From a bacterium (GTDB lineage Bacteria; UBA10199; 2-02-FULL-44-16; DYJF01): a DNA stretch of 64,000 bases. Location of the stretch: positions 54 through 64,053 of the forward strand of contig JBGSNL010000041.1 in the NCBI GenBank assembly GCA_041739675.1, read 5' to 3'. This document shows, one piece after another, positions 8,264 through 20,500 of the stretch. The notes beneath the pieces were generated by a model. It saw nothing but the letters and a program-made list of their open reading frames with translations, made no database searches and was not told the DNA's origin. Both the position numbers and the translations under genes were made by a program. Position 1 is the stretch's first letter; the number at the start of each line of letters is the position of its first letter.

Positions 8264-11200
8264 TTAGTGCGCACTTTCCTGGATTGATTCAACCGTGCCG
8301 TCATGGGAAATGACGGCGACTACGGTTAGAGCGGCGCCGCCCGTATCCACAACTTCAACGATGAGTTTGACGGGCCAGACGCCCAGTGCCTGCGCCGCCT
8401 CCCCTTTCGCCTGAAACTCGATTCCTTTTTGGTCCACCTTTTCTATCCAGTGATCCAGAGAACCGCCGTGCCTGGCAACTATGTGCGCCGTGATATTCAT
8501 CGCGTCGCCGGCGGGATCCGCGAAACTGAATTTCGCCCGTCCGCGACCATCTTCAAACTTGATGTCGCTTATCGTCCCCTGTGGCGGCTCGTTCTCGTTC
8601 CAGTAGAAAAATCCCATCGCGCCTATTTTTGAAGCACCCTGATTGATATCAAAAGCCGCAAAGAGATCGGGACCGCCAAAACCTTTTCCGTGAAAAAAAG
8701 TCACCGCATGCGGGTTAACAAAAGACAGGGGAGCGCTTGGCAGAACATCGTCAAGGGTAGATTGAGGTTCCACAAGTTTTGCCATCTGCCCCGCTTTTCC
8801 CAATTGCGGATTTTCCGTTCCGTGTGTGAGCTCGAATATGGAGCCGTCGTTGGATACGAAAAGATCCGCATCGGTTCCGTATCCTTTCAGAATGGCCAGC
8901 GGTATTTTCATCTCCGCGGCGATGCTCCGCGTGCAGCCCCAGCCCCCGCCGTTTTCCCGGCAAAACGCAAGTGAGGTCTTTTCATCGATCGTTGCGACAA
9001 CTCCGAAACCTTTTTTGCTCAAGGCAAACACGTCCGCGGAATCGATGGGAGCGGCTGCCTCCCAAAGCGGAATGAACAGATACTCGCTCACGCCCTCGGT
9101 CGCCGTTATGATATCCACGCCGAAACCGTATCTCGCCTTTTTGCCGGCGACGTTTGCGAGCGTGCAGACGACACCGCCGGCAATAGTATTTTTTTGGTCG
9201 CGCGCAGGCGCTATCGACGCAACTCTCTCCACCTTGCACGACTCGTTTGTCTCTCCCGCCGTGAGAGACCACGGCCGGCTATCGCCGGAGAGAAAGATGT
9301 CCGCGTTCAAATTACAACGGCCTTTGCCGGCCATGGAAAGCTGTGCTGAAATTTTGGGAAAGCGGTAATATCCCGCAGGCGATGACGCGAACATGTCCTC
9401 GCCGGACGTTACGGTGAGATTTTCAAGTTTGTCTCTTCTTTCAATCTGACAATGGCCGAACGCGATCTGCCCCTTTTCGAAGATCTTGCGCACGGGTATT
9501 GCGGCTATCCCCGCTGAATCGGAGTTGGCGCCCGAGACCAGAAGCCACGAATATTTGTGATCGCCCGGCGTGACCGAAGAGCTGTAAACCTCGGCCCACG
9601 GCAAAATCACGGCACGCGTTTTTTTGAATTCAAACAATCTTTCCAGTTTGGAGGCACCCTCTGTTGAGACTACGGCGATTCCTCCCCTGTCGCAATAATT
9701 GGGAATCAGGTCCGCGTCGTCGTCGGCGGCGTCCGAAGGATTAGCGGCGGCACAGCTCACCACGTTTGAGCCGGCAGGACACTGGAACGTTCCGGGGATG
9801 ATACAGGTTCCAACAGTGACCGGGCACGCCTGGCCCAGTTTTGCGACGTCGTCGACGACACCGTTGCAGTCGTCGTCCGAACCCATGTTTTCACAGGATT
9901 CGATGGACGGTTGTTTTGGAACGCAGCTCTGACTTTTTCCGCCGGCGCAATTTGCTATCGTGACCTCGCAGGCGCCGATGCCGCAGACGGCCTCGCCCAG
10001 ATCCTCGTCGACCTCGCCGTCGCAATCGTCGTCAAGATTGTTGCAAGTCTCTTCTTTTGCAAAGACGGTCTCGACGCACGCAAGATCGCCCTCCGGCATG
10101 CAGCGGTACTCGCCCTTTGCGCAAATTCCCGAAAGGGAAGAGAGGCTGCACGGCGTGCCCGCTACCGCCGCCAGGACATCGCAACTGCCGCATTCATTTT
10201 TGAGGCCGCCGCCGATCGGTTCGTGCGTGCAGCCGATGATAGTATCACATTCGTCCGTGGTGCATGAATTTCCGTCGTTGCAGGCGAGAACCGCCCCTCC
10301 CTTGCAGGAGCCTTCGAGACACAGGTCCGCGGCCGTGCACGCATTGCCGTCATCACAACTCGTCCCTTCGGGAACGGCATCGTGCGAGCAGACCCCCGAT
10401 TTGCAAAAATCTTTCGTGCAGGAATTTCCGTCGTCGGTGCATCTTGTGTTTTCCGAAAGATCGAACCGCGGGCTGCAGATCAAGGCCCCCACTCTATCGG
10501 GATCGCATTGCCAGACACCGGCGCCGCATACATCCGCTCCGGAAACGCGGCATCTGTCGCCTACTTTGGCCGGCAGATCGCCGCAGCCGCCGCAGACGTT
10601 TTTGACGCCTTCGTCTATCCCGCCGTCGCAGTCATTGTCGAGATTGTCGCACTTCTCGGGTTTCGGATCCATCCTCGGCGCCGAACAGACGACCGCGCCC
10701 TTCTTCGCATCGCAGACCGTCGTCCCTTTGCGGAGACACTCCCCCGTCTGCCCGTTGTCGCAGAGCTCCGCCAAACCCGCCGCGTCGTCGACTATTCCGT
10801 TGCAGTCGTCGTCTACACGGTTGCCGCAGATCTCCTGTTTGCCCGCGCCCGGAACCGCGTTGCATTTCAGAGACAGCTTATCCTCCGAACAGACAAAGAC
10901 GCCGGCCCGCTCGCAAAATCCCACGCCATTCTTGCAGGGCTTTGCCAGATTTTCAAAACCTTCGTCCACCCTGCCGTCACAGTCATTGTCTATATTTTCG
11001 CCGCAGAGCTCGGCCACGGGCTTTAGAGGAACGCATTTGTTCGCCTTACCGGAAAGGCAGGCCGGAACCGTCTGTCTGCACGCGCCTATTCCGCATGTCG
11101 TGTCGCCAAGACCGTTATCGATGACACCGTCGCAATCGTTGTCGCTCCCGTCGCAGATCTCCGCTTTTGACGCGCCGGCGACCGCGTCGCAGATAACTCC

Positions 11201-11713
11201 CGACTGATCCGGCGAGCAGCGCCTTTTTCCTTTCCCGACACACTGGCCGCGTCCGACAAAACAGGCGGAACCGATATCGAAACCGTCGTCCTCAATTCCA
11301 TTGCAATCGCTGTCTATGCCGTCGCACTTTTCAACCGCATCGGGATGAATGGCAGCATTCTTGTCGTCGCAATCCCCGCCGCAGGTCGTGTATCCGTCCT
11401 TGTCCTTGTCGAAACCCTCGTCTTTTTCGCCGTCGCAGTCGTCGTCCTCACCGTTGCAGAGTTCCACACGTTCGCCCGGCTTTATCATAACCTCGCAGAC
11501 CACCTGCCCGGAGGTGCAGTTCGTGAGGCCCCGCCCGCACGCACCTTTCAAACCGGTGTCGCAAGGTTTCACGCAGGAAACACATTTACCCAGCTTGGCA
11601 TCCCACAGAAAACCCGGCAGACACGTATCTTTAGACTGTGAATGGAGATCCGCAGCGGAGAGAAAAAATCCGGCGATCACAAAAAAAATAAGAGAGGTTC
11701 GTCTGATAGACAT
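8264..11713 (-). CDS. large secreted cysteine-rich repeat protein (CxxDDDCDGxxDEG putative metal-binding repeats) with an uncharacterised ~400-aa Cys-poor C-terminal domain
   Basis: 1149 aa with a signal peptide MSIRRTSLIFFVIAGFFLSAADLHS. It has at least 9 copies of C..(D/N)DDCDG..DEG modules, followed by a Cys-poor C-terminal region. Confidence 0.7.
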   Translation of the reverse strand: MSIRRTSLIFFVIAGFFLSAADLHSQSKDTCLPGFLWDAKLGKCVSCVKPCDTGLKGACGRGLTNCTSGQVVCEVMIKPGERVELCNGEDDDCDGEKDEGFDKDKDGYTTCGGDCDDKNAAIHPDAVEKCDGIDSDCNGIEDDGFDIGSACFVGRGQCVGKGKRRCSPDQSGVICDAVAGASKAEICDGSDNDCDGVIDNGLGDTTCGIGACRQTVPACLSGKANKCVPLKPVAELCGENIDNDCDGRVDEGFENLAKPCKNGVGFCERAGVFVCSEDKLSLKCNAVPGAGKQEICGNRVDDDCNGIVDDAAGLAELCDNGQTGECLRKGTTVCDAKKGAVVCSAPRMDPKPEKCDNLDNDCDGGIDEGVKNVCGGCGDLPAKVGDRCRVSGADVCGAGVWQCDPDRVGALICSPRFDLSENTRCTDDGNSCTKDFCKSGVCSHDAVPEGTSCDDGNACTAADLCLEGSCKGGAVLACNDGNSCTTDECDTIIGCTHEPIGGGLKNECGSCDVLAAVAGTPCSLSSLSGICAKGEYRCMPEGDLACVETVFAKEETCNNLDDDCDGEVDEDLGEAVCGIGACEVTIANCAGGKSQSCVPKQPSIESCENMGSDDDCNGVVDDVAKLGQACPVTVGTCIIPGTFQCPAGSNVVSCAAANPSDAADDDADLIPNYCDRGGIAVVSTEGASKLERLFEFKKTRAVILPWAEVYSSSVTPGDHKYSWLLVSGANSDSAGIAAIPVRKIFEKGQIAFGHCQIERRDKLENLTVTSGEDMFASSPAGYYRFPKISAQLSMAGKGRCNLNADIFLSGDSRPWSLTAGETNESCKVERVASIAPARDQKNTIAGGVVCTLANVAGKKARYGFGVDIITATEGVSEYLFIPLWEAAAPIDSADVFALSKKGFGVVATIDEKTSLAFCRENGGGWGCTRSIAAEMKIPLAILKGYGTDADLFVSNDGSIFELTHGTENPQLGKAGQMAKLVEPQSTLDDVLPSAPLSFVNPHAVTFFHGKGFGGPDLFAAFDINQGASKIGAMGFFYWNENEPPQGTISDIKFEDGRGRAKFSFADPAGDAMNITAHIVARHGGSLDHWIEKVDQKGIEFQAKGEAAQALGVWPVKLIVEVVDTGGAALTVVAVISHDGTVESIQESAH

Positions 11714-11777
11714 TCCGAACCTCTCTTATCATTGTATATATAAACTTGTAAACCCCGTCACGATCAACCTGGCATTT

Positions 11778-13352
<1,575 letters not shown>

Positions 13353-13373
13353 GACCTTTCCCTTGGTTTGGAA

Positions 13374-14741
13374 TCACTTCAGAACCGTTTTGCTTCCCAT
13401 AGAAAACATACTCTTTATATCGTCGTCAACAAGGCGGAAACCTGCTCCGAAAAAATAATCGACCGGCTGAGCAGGGTTGATGAAGTCGTCCGCGCCGCCC
13501 ATCACGTAGAAATTCTTCGTGAGATTTAAGTCCGCGTGCGCCTTGAGATGCGGCCTCTGCCCGAACTGCGTCGTGAAGTTGAACGCCTCGAACGTCACGC
13601 CCAGGGGGCCTCTGCCGTAGTCCGCGCCCACCCCGCCCGTCGACTCTATGATGCCGCCCCTAAGTTGGAAGTCGTAAAATTTCTTAGCGACCTGCGCGGA
13701 GAATCTGAGCGCATTCTTGTCGATCGTTGCGGTAGTTGTCTTGACGCTCGTCGTGGCCCCGTTAACCGTGACGTCGGTCGTGCGGTCGACGTAGCGCGGC
13801 GGCGGATCCGTATCGGAGACAATATCGAACATGAAGGCCTTGTCAGGCGCCGGCCTCAGAGCGAGAGAGACATAGTTTTTGAAATCGCTCGACCTGACCA
13901 TGTACTCCGTATGGTATCCGATCTCCGTCTCAAGCTTCTTGAAACCGCCCAGCGTTTCGTTCAGGTTGTCCAGCGCGCCGTTCAGCTTCTCGACCGTCTC
14001 TTCGTCGTTGACGAGCGCTCCGACAGTTCCCTTACCCTCGTCTATCTTGCGAGTGATGGATGCGATCCTGTCTATCGACTCCTGAACGTTTGAGCGTCCC
14101 TGGTTCAACATGTCTTTGAGCTGTGTGGTGAAGTCGGCAAGGTTCGAAGCTATCCGGTCCACGTTGTTCTGATTACTAAGCGCCATGGCCTTGATCGACT
14201 CGGTGAATGTATCAAGATTGTTCACAATGCGGTTGATGGGGGCAGTCTCGTCGTTTCCGACCATCGTCTTGAGCGATGAAGTGACAGCCTTGATGTCGCC
14301 TGCGATATCGTTGAACTGATTGATGAGCGTGTTCATATCGCCCGACGTCTGTGTGTCGGCGATCTCGCCCCCCGAGGATAAAACCGCGCCTTCCGGTGAC
14401 CCGGGGATAAGCTCGACGTATGTCTCGCCCAGAAAACCGCGCGTGCGAAGCGAGGCCCGGCTGTCGGCGGAGAGTTTGACCTGGCGGTTCAGAAGAAGAG
14501 TGACCTTTGCGTTTCTCGAATCGAAAAGCTCGATGTTTCTCACAACGCCCACCTGAACTCCGGCGAGCTCCACGGGCGCCTTGATCTTTAGCCCGGTGGC
14601 CTTCTCGAAGACAGCGGTCAGCTCATAGCCGCGGCCGGCTGTGACGGCGCGCTCCGAGACCTTGACAGTTAGGATCGCGGCCACAAGGATAAGCGACGCG
14701 GCAAAGAGCCCGACCTTCATCTCTGTGGTCAGATTTTTCAA
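13374..14741 (-). CDS. MCE-family (MlaD-like) protein with long coiled-coil C-terminal extension
   Basis: An N-terminal TM helix and an MCE domain (..GVQVGVV..), then extended helical repeats. It is adjacent to mlaF and mlaE. Confidence 0.75.
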   Translation of the reverse strand: MKNLTTEMKVGLFAASLILVAAILTVKVSERAVTAGRGYELTAVFEKATGLKIKAPVELAGVQVGVVRNIELFDSRNAKVTLLLNRQVKLSADSRASLRTRGFLGETYVELIPGSPEGAVLSSGGEIADTQTSGDMNTLINQFNDIAGDIKAVTSSLKTMVGNDETAPINRIVNNLDTFTESIKAMALSNQNNVDRIASNLADFTTQLKDMLNQGRSNVQESIDRIASITRKIDEGKGTVGALVNDEETVEKLNGALDNLNETLGGFKKLETEIGYHTEYMVRSSDFKNYVSLALRPAPDKAFMFDIVSDTDPPPRYVDRTTDVTVNGATTSVKTTTATIDKNALRFSAQVAKKFYDFQLRGGIIESTGGVGADYGRGPLGVTFEAFNFTTQFGQRPHLKAHADLNLTKNFYVMGGADDFINPAQPVDYFFGAGFRLVDDDIKSMFSMGSKTVLK

Positions 14742-15490
14742 CTATCCCCCTTCGAGACCGCAGCGCCGGCTGCAGAAAGAAAAGCACGCACGGTTGGATT
14801 TTGCGACTGGTGAAACGCCTTCGGCTCCCCGCACTCGATGATTTTTCCCTTGTCTATCATCGCGATCTGATCGGCAACGCGGAGGGCCGACTCTATGTCG
14901 TGACTTATCACCACCGACGTGATTTTAAGCGCTTGTTGCATGGACAGAATCAGATTGTCAATAGCAACGGACATTATTGGATCGAGCCCGGTCACCGGCT
15001 CGTCGTAGAGCAGGATCTGGGGGGTCAGGACGATCGCGCGCGCAAGCCCCACGCGCTTTTTCATGCCGCCTGAAAGCTCCGATGGCATCTTCTCCTCCGC
15101 ACCCTCCAGGCCGACGAGCTTGAGTTTTTCACGCACAAGGGACGCAATCTTGTCCTCATCCTTCAAAAGTTTGTGCTCGCGAAGCGGGAAGGCAACGTTT
15201 TCAAAAACGGTGAGAGAATCGAAGAGCGCCGCGCTTTGAAAGAGCATGCCGAACCTTTTCCTGAATTCATTGAGTTCAAGGCGGCCGAGCCTTGAAAGAT
15301 CGGTACCGTCCACGACCACCTTTCCGCGATCCGGTTTCAAGAGCCCTATGATATGGCGGAGAAGCACCGTCTTGCCGCAACCGGAGGGTCCAATGATCAC
15401 CGTGATCTTGCCACGCGGGATCGTAAGATTCACGCCGCGAAGAATGGGCTGACCGTTGAAAGATTTGTAGAGTTCCGTGATTTCTATCAT
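14738..15490 (-). CDS. mlaF: ABC transporter ATP-binding protein (MlaF/Mkl family)
   Basis: Walker A GPSGCGKT, signature LSGGMKKRVGLARA, Walker B ILLYDEP. Confidence 0.85.
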   Translation of the reverse strand: MIEITELYKSFNGQPILRGVNLTIPRGKITVIIGPSGCGKTVLLRHIIGLLKPDRGKVVVDGTDLSRLGRLELNEFRKRFGMLFQSAALFDSLTVFENVAFPLREHKLLKDEDKIASLVREKLKLVGLEGAEEKMPSELSGGMKKRVGLARAIVLTPQILLYDEPVTGLDPIMSVAIDNLILSMQQALKITSVVISHDIESALRVADQIAMIDKGKIIECGEPKAFHQSQNPTVRAFLSAAGAAVSKGDS

Positions 15491-16293
15491 CTGATAAAGT
15501 ATTCAAGTATCCAGCTTGTTAAGAAGTAATCCATCACAAGCACGCAAACCGACGAGATGACCACGGCGCGGGTAGTTTTTCGCCCCACTCCTTCCGCGCC
15601 TCCCGTCGTCGTGAAACCCTCGTAGCAACTGATAAGCGAGATGAAAAATCCGAAAATCGCAGCCTTCACGAGCCCGCTTATGAAGTCGTCCCCATCCACG
15701 TAGTAGTAGAGTTTTGTCATGAAGGGGCCTTCGGGTATGTGAAGGACGTAGATGCCGACGAAATACGCGCCGATAATGCCCACAAAGTTGTAGAGCACGG
15801 TGAGAAGCGGGAGCATGAAAACGGACGCCCACAGGCGCGGCACGACCAGAAACTGGATGGGATCGACGGCCATCGTTTCAAGCGCGTCTATCTGCTCGGT
15901 GACACGCATCGTGCCGATCTCGGCCGCCATCGACGAACAGACGCGCGCGATCACCATGAGTGCGGCGAAGACCGGGCCTATCTCGCGCGTGAGCGAGAGG
16001 CCAACCGTGGCGCCGACCATTATCTCCATGTTGAAGAGACCGTAGACCTTGCCTATCTGGAGGGCGAAGACAGCACCCGAGAAAAAGGCCGTGAGGGCTA
16101 TGATGCCCGTGGATCTCACTCCCACAAATTCCATCTGGCGGAAGAGCTGCGCGGTGCGGAACGGGGGCCTGAACGTCCAGGCAATCGCCTCGCCGCAAAA
16201 GACAACCCAGTGGCCGAGCGACCTTGTCTTCTCGATGATGAAGGCACCGAATGGGGTAAATATCGGAGAGATTAGGTTTAAGACACGGTCCAT
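15487..16293 (-). CDS. mlaE: ABC transporter permease (MlaE family)
   Basis: Multi-TM permease. The start is chosen at MDRVLNLI so that it does not overlap the alr stop at 16304; the ORF track extends to 16362. Confidence 0.75.
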   Translation of the reverse strand: MDRVLNLISPIFTPFGAFIIEKTRSLGHWVVFCGEAIAWTFRPPFRTAQLFRQMEFVGVRSTGIIALTAFFSGAVFALQIGKVYGLFNMEIMVGATVGLSLTREIGPVFAALMVIARVCSSMAAEIGTMRVTEQIDALETMAVDPIQFLVVPRLWASVFMLPLLTVLYNFVGIIGAYFVGIYVLHIPEGPFMTKLYYYVDGDDFISGLVKAAIFGFFISLISCYEGFTTTGGAEGVGRKTTRAVVISSVCVLVMDYFLTSWILEYFIR

Positions 16294-16303
16294 TGGCTTA
16301 AAG

Positions 16304-17461
16304 TCATTCTTTATATATTCTGGGCATTCTCTTTGAAATACCACAGAATATTTCGTATGCAATCGTTTCGCACTTCTTTGCCAGCTCGTCCACGCCGACG
16401 ACCTGACTGCCTTGCCCGCCCATCAAAATAACCTCGTCGCCCACCGACACCTTTGGAAGATCGGTCACGTCCACCATGATCATATCCATCGTCACCCTTC
16501 CGACGACCGGCACGCGCCTTCCTCCGATTATAACCTCCGCATTGTTTGAAAGAGCCAGGGGATAACCGTCGGCGTAACCGATCGGGACGATCGCGATATA
16601 GGAGGGCTTTTTTGCAACGAACGTGCAGCCGTAGCTCACCGGCGTGCCCTCGGGGATGTGCTTCAAGAGAGCGATTCTGCTCTCTAAGCCCATCACGGCC
16701 TTGAGAGAGACACCCTTCGGAGGCAAAACGCCGTTCGTACCGCCGTAGAGCGCGATGCCGGGGCGTACCCACGCTTTTTTTGCGCCGGGGATAACGATCG
16801 ACTCACCTTTCAAAATGGCGGCGCTGTTCGCTATATGCCACAGATCGATCGGCCCCAGCTTTTCCTCGATCAACTTTTTTGATTCGATGAATAGTCTGGT
16901 CTGTACAGACGTGAAATCATGCTCGGCCGCGTTTGCAAGGTGGGTCATCACCCCCTCGACATAGATCCACTTGCACTGCGAAAGACGCTCCAAAATTTTA
17001 GGCAGTGCCTCGGGCCTTGCGCCCAGGCGGCTCATGCCCGTGTCCACCTTGAGATGCACGGCAAGTTTCTTCTTTGCAGCTTGAGCAACTGTTTCAAGGG
17101 CATCGATAACTTCGGCAGAATGTACGACCGGCGTCAAATCCGCTCCCACCATCATGCCGGACGCTGGCGAGCCCATGCCCATGAGCCCCCCCATCACGAC
17201 TATTTGCTTTTTGATCCCGGCGTTTCGGAGCTCCAACCCCTCTTCGATAGTTGCAACACCGAGCGCCACGGCTCCGCATTCGACAAGTTTCTTGGAAACT
17301 GGCACAGCGCCGTGGCCGTAACCGTCCGCCTTGACCATCGCGAGTATCCCGACATCTTTCGGCACTATTTTTTTTATGGTCTCAAAGTTTGACGCGAGCG
17401 CGGACAGATTTACCGTCGCGCACGTGGGCCGGAAGAAAGGTGTAGGAACGGGGTTTTGCAT
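16304..17461 (-). CDS. alr: alanine racemase
   Basis: PLP-site motif AMVKADGYGHGA. The start is taken at MQNPVPT (17461). Confidence 0.85.
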   Translation of the reverse strand: MQNPVPTPFFRPTCATVNLSALASNFETIKKIVPKDVGILAMVKADGYGHGAVPVSKKLVECGAVALGVATIEEGLELRNAGIKKQIVVMGGLMGMGSPASGMMVGADLTPVVHSAEVIDALETVAQAAKKKLAVHLKVDTGMSRLGARPEALPKILERLSQCKWIYVEGVMTHLANAAEHDFTSVQTRLFIESKKLIEEKLGPIDLWHIANSAAILKGESIVIPGAKKAWVRPGIALYGGTNGVLPPKGVSLKAVMGLESRIALLKHIPEGTPVSYGCTFVAKKPSYIAIVPIGYADGYPLALSNNAEVIIGGRRVPVVGRVTMDMIMVDVTDLPKVSVGDEVILMGGQGSQVVGVDELAKKCETIAYEIFCGISKRMPRIYKE

Positions 17462-17500
17462 AAATATGCTGCGGGCTTTAACAAGGGGGTGAGGGCTTGT

Positions 17501-17540
17501 CAAAAACAAAAGGCGAAGGGGGTGCCTTCGCCTTTTCAAA
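17501..17540. terminator. bidirectional intrinsic terminator (ggcgaagg / ccttcgcc stem with A/T runs on both sides)
   Basis: The hairpin is at 17512-17534, with TTTT downstream on the plus strand and TTTTGTTTTT on the minus strand. It lies just 3' of the giant minus-strand ORF. Confidence 0.65.
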
Positions 17541-17556
17541 TCTATTGAAGTTTCAA

Positions 17557-20500
17557 CTACTCCATGCCCGATATTTTCGCCAGCAACTCAAGGGTCTTTG
17601 TTTCGTTCATAAAGATGCCGAACAGTGACCGTGTGACACCGTCCAGATCGGGATACCTTACCGAGATCGTGCCGTCTTCGTTCTCAACCGCATGAGCCGA
17701 AGTTCCGATGAGGTAATGATCAGTCGTTGCAGATGAACACAGCGCAACATCGTCTGAATCGCTGTAACCCTCGATCATCGTAAAGAGATCCGTATTCGGA
17801 CCTTCACCGTCAAATATCGGTTGCAGCTTTGCAATCGAATTCAGCGTCTTCTGCAACATCACGGTCTCGATTTTTTCGATGAGGACTGCAGCTTGATCTT
17901 CAGTCATATATGAAAAGCCGAGTTCATCATTCGTAAATTCTTCCAGAATTTCCGCCACAGGCGTTCCGGATTCGAGCTCTTCCATTATGATATCTCTCCT
18001 GCCCTCTTCCTCCTCGCTGAACACGACCTTTCTCGAAAGGCCGGACATGAAATTCTCCATCTTCGAAAGGACCGTGTTTATGAAGAGGGCCGGCTCGTCT
18101 GCGATTCCTTCTGCCTCCGCTTGGGCGGAGTACTGAAGCATCTTTATCTGAAGAACGCCCATGAGCTGCTCTCTTGCCTTGAGCGCGTCTTCCGCGATCA
18201 CACTGTCCACATACGCCCTTGCCGCATATATCTCCTCTGTCGATGCGCTTGTATCAGAATCAATCACTGTGGCGGGATCGATCTGTGCCGACCATGCCGC
18301 CTGTTCCATTTCGGAATTGCCGTTTAAGTGCGCGCGATAGACACCAACCGCCCACGCATCCTTCATGAGCTGGGGAAGATCAGGGCTGTCCATCTCTATC
18401 ATCGATTTCACAGTCTTCAAGCTCTGCAATCCAAAAAGGGCCCAACCTGCCACTGGAATCGCTGTTTCGGACGCAACAGTCAAAGAGCTAAGTGCGGCGC
18501 GCGTGAGTAAACCGGCTGATCCGGCGGCTACACGATCCATAAACATTTTGGTCAGCGATTTCGCCGCGGCGCGGCCAAGCTGCGGCATTGCCCATCCGCC
18601 CACCGCGAAGCGTGTTCCGCCGAATCTCGCTAAATCACCGACATAACCGCCGCCGTTCTCGCCGAACAGCGAATGGACAACACGATCATATATATCCATA
18701 CCGACGATTGCCGTCGGCAGGCCGCGGACCAATGACATCCATGACTCTCCGCCCACCGTTCTTTCAATAAAGTCGGTGAACGTCCTGGCGCCCACGTTAG
18801 CAGCGGCCGTCGTCGTAACATGCATGCCGCCTAAAACCGTCGCCATCGACGCGATCGGGCCCATGTGAGTTGCCTGTGCAATCGCTCCAAAGACCTCGCC
18901 TGCTGCGAAGCCAAGTCCTATGCCGCCCAAGTTCTGCCCAAATCCTTTTGCAAACTCGCCGACGGCGCTTACTGCGCGACGGCCCACGTTGGCAATGCTC
19001 CGACCGATATCGGTCGTCTCGAAGAAATCCACCCAGCTCGCCGCAAGTTCCGCAGCGGGAGGAAGACCGGAAAAATTCCTGCTGAATACTCCAGCATCTA
19101 TAGCTCGACCAAAAGCCCGCTGAGTTACAGTATCGGCATGTCTCCTGACTCTCGCAAAGTCTGTACGACTCCTGAGACGCTTCGCCTCGTCCACAATCTG
19201 TTTGAGTTCATGCTCAATCCTATTTATATTTCTCCAATGTTCACCAATCCACTTATCCCCGTGCACATCTATATCCGTTAACTGGGGGCTCAATTCCGCC
19301 TGTTCAATCATTTTTTTCAGCCGCTCAATTTCTTCATATTCTTGAGTTAATTGATCCCCTAACCGTGTGACCTCTGCCAACGTTGCATCGAGAGTTGCCC
19401 TTGTCTGCCTATCTTCGGGGGTGTCAACCCTGCCGTAAACCGTGCTGGGGTTTTGGGGTCCCGCAGGCGGCGTGCCGCCGGTGGCGCCGTTGCCATGAGT
19501 TCCGCCGAACGGGCGGTCGATGGTCTGCCCTTTCTTTATTTCGCTCTCTAAGACACCTTCCAACCGATCATCTACAAAAGGCCAAGAGTAAGTATCGTTC
19601 AGTGTATTTCGAATTATGCTTGCGACTTCTGCCCTTTCACCATTGCTTAAAGAGGAAGCATGCAAACTTAATGCTATGCGTTCAAGTCGTGCTGCGCTCT
19701 CTTCAGTACGCGGATGCCGATCAGAACTACAAAGCATGCCATTGTCGTGCTCTTGCCAAATATAGGTACGACTCGCCGGCAATCTAGAGCCAAGCTGTTC
19801 CCTTATTTCATTTATCTCCTCTAACAGCTGGGTGAAGGTGGGTCCCATGGTTTGTCTCTCATCAGGATTATCAACCCTGCCGTAAACTGTGCTGGGGTTT
19901 TGGGGCCCCGCAGGCGGTGTGCCGCCGGTGGCGCCGTTGCCGTGGCTCCCGCCGAACGGGCGGTCGATAACAGTCGTCTGCGCGCCTGCAGCAGGCTGCG
20001 TGATAGCCCCTTCAACTTTCGCCTTGAGTTGCTCCAAATACTCGCCGGTCAGGCCGGAGCTTTCCCCTATTGAAATCACGGCCCGAAGTTCGCTTATCGT
20101 GCGCCCGACTGCTGACTGGCCGGCATACACCGCGTCCTCACGAAACATCCGCACATTGGAGTTGGCGGTTTCCCGTGCCGCCTCTTTTTCAACGAACGCA
20201 AGATGTTCACGCATTGTAACGAGAACTCCGCCCAGTCTTTCAACCTCCATCGACAGATCGGTAAGAGTGCTGGTATTGTCAATCGTCTGCGCAATCTTCG
20301 TTTGTAATCGGTCCACCTGATCGCCGGTCAGACCGGCCGTTTTCCCTATTTTGAGCACATCTTGAATTTTGTAGATGGTGTCGCGAACTCCATCTTCAGC
20401 GTGTTGCATATCTTCTTCATTAGGCATTCCCTCACCAGAGTTGCCCGTCGTTCCCTGCGCTATATAACGTTCCCACCTAGCCTGAATTTTGCGCTTGTCT

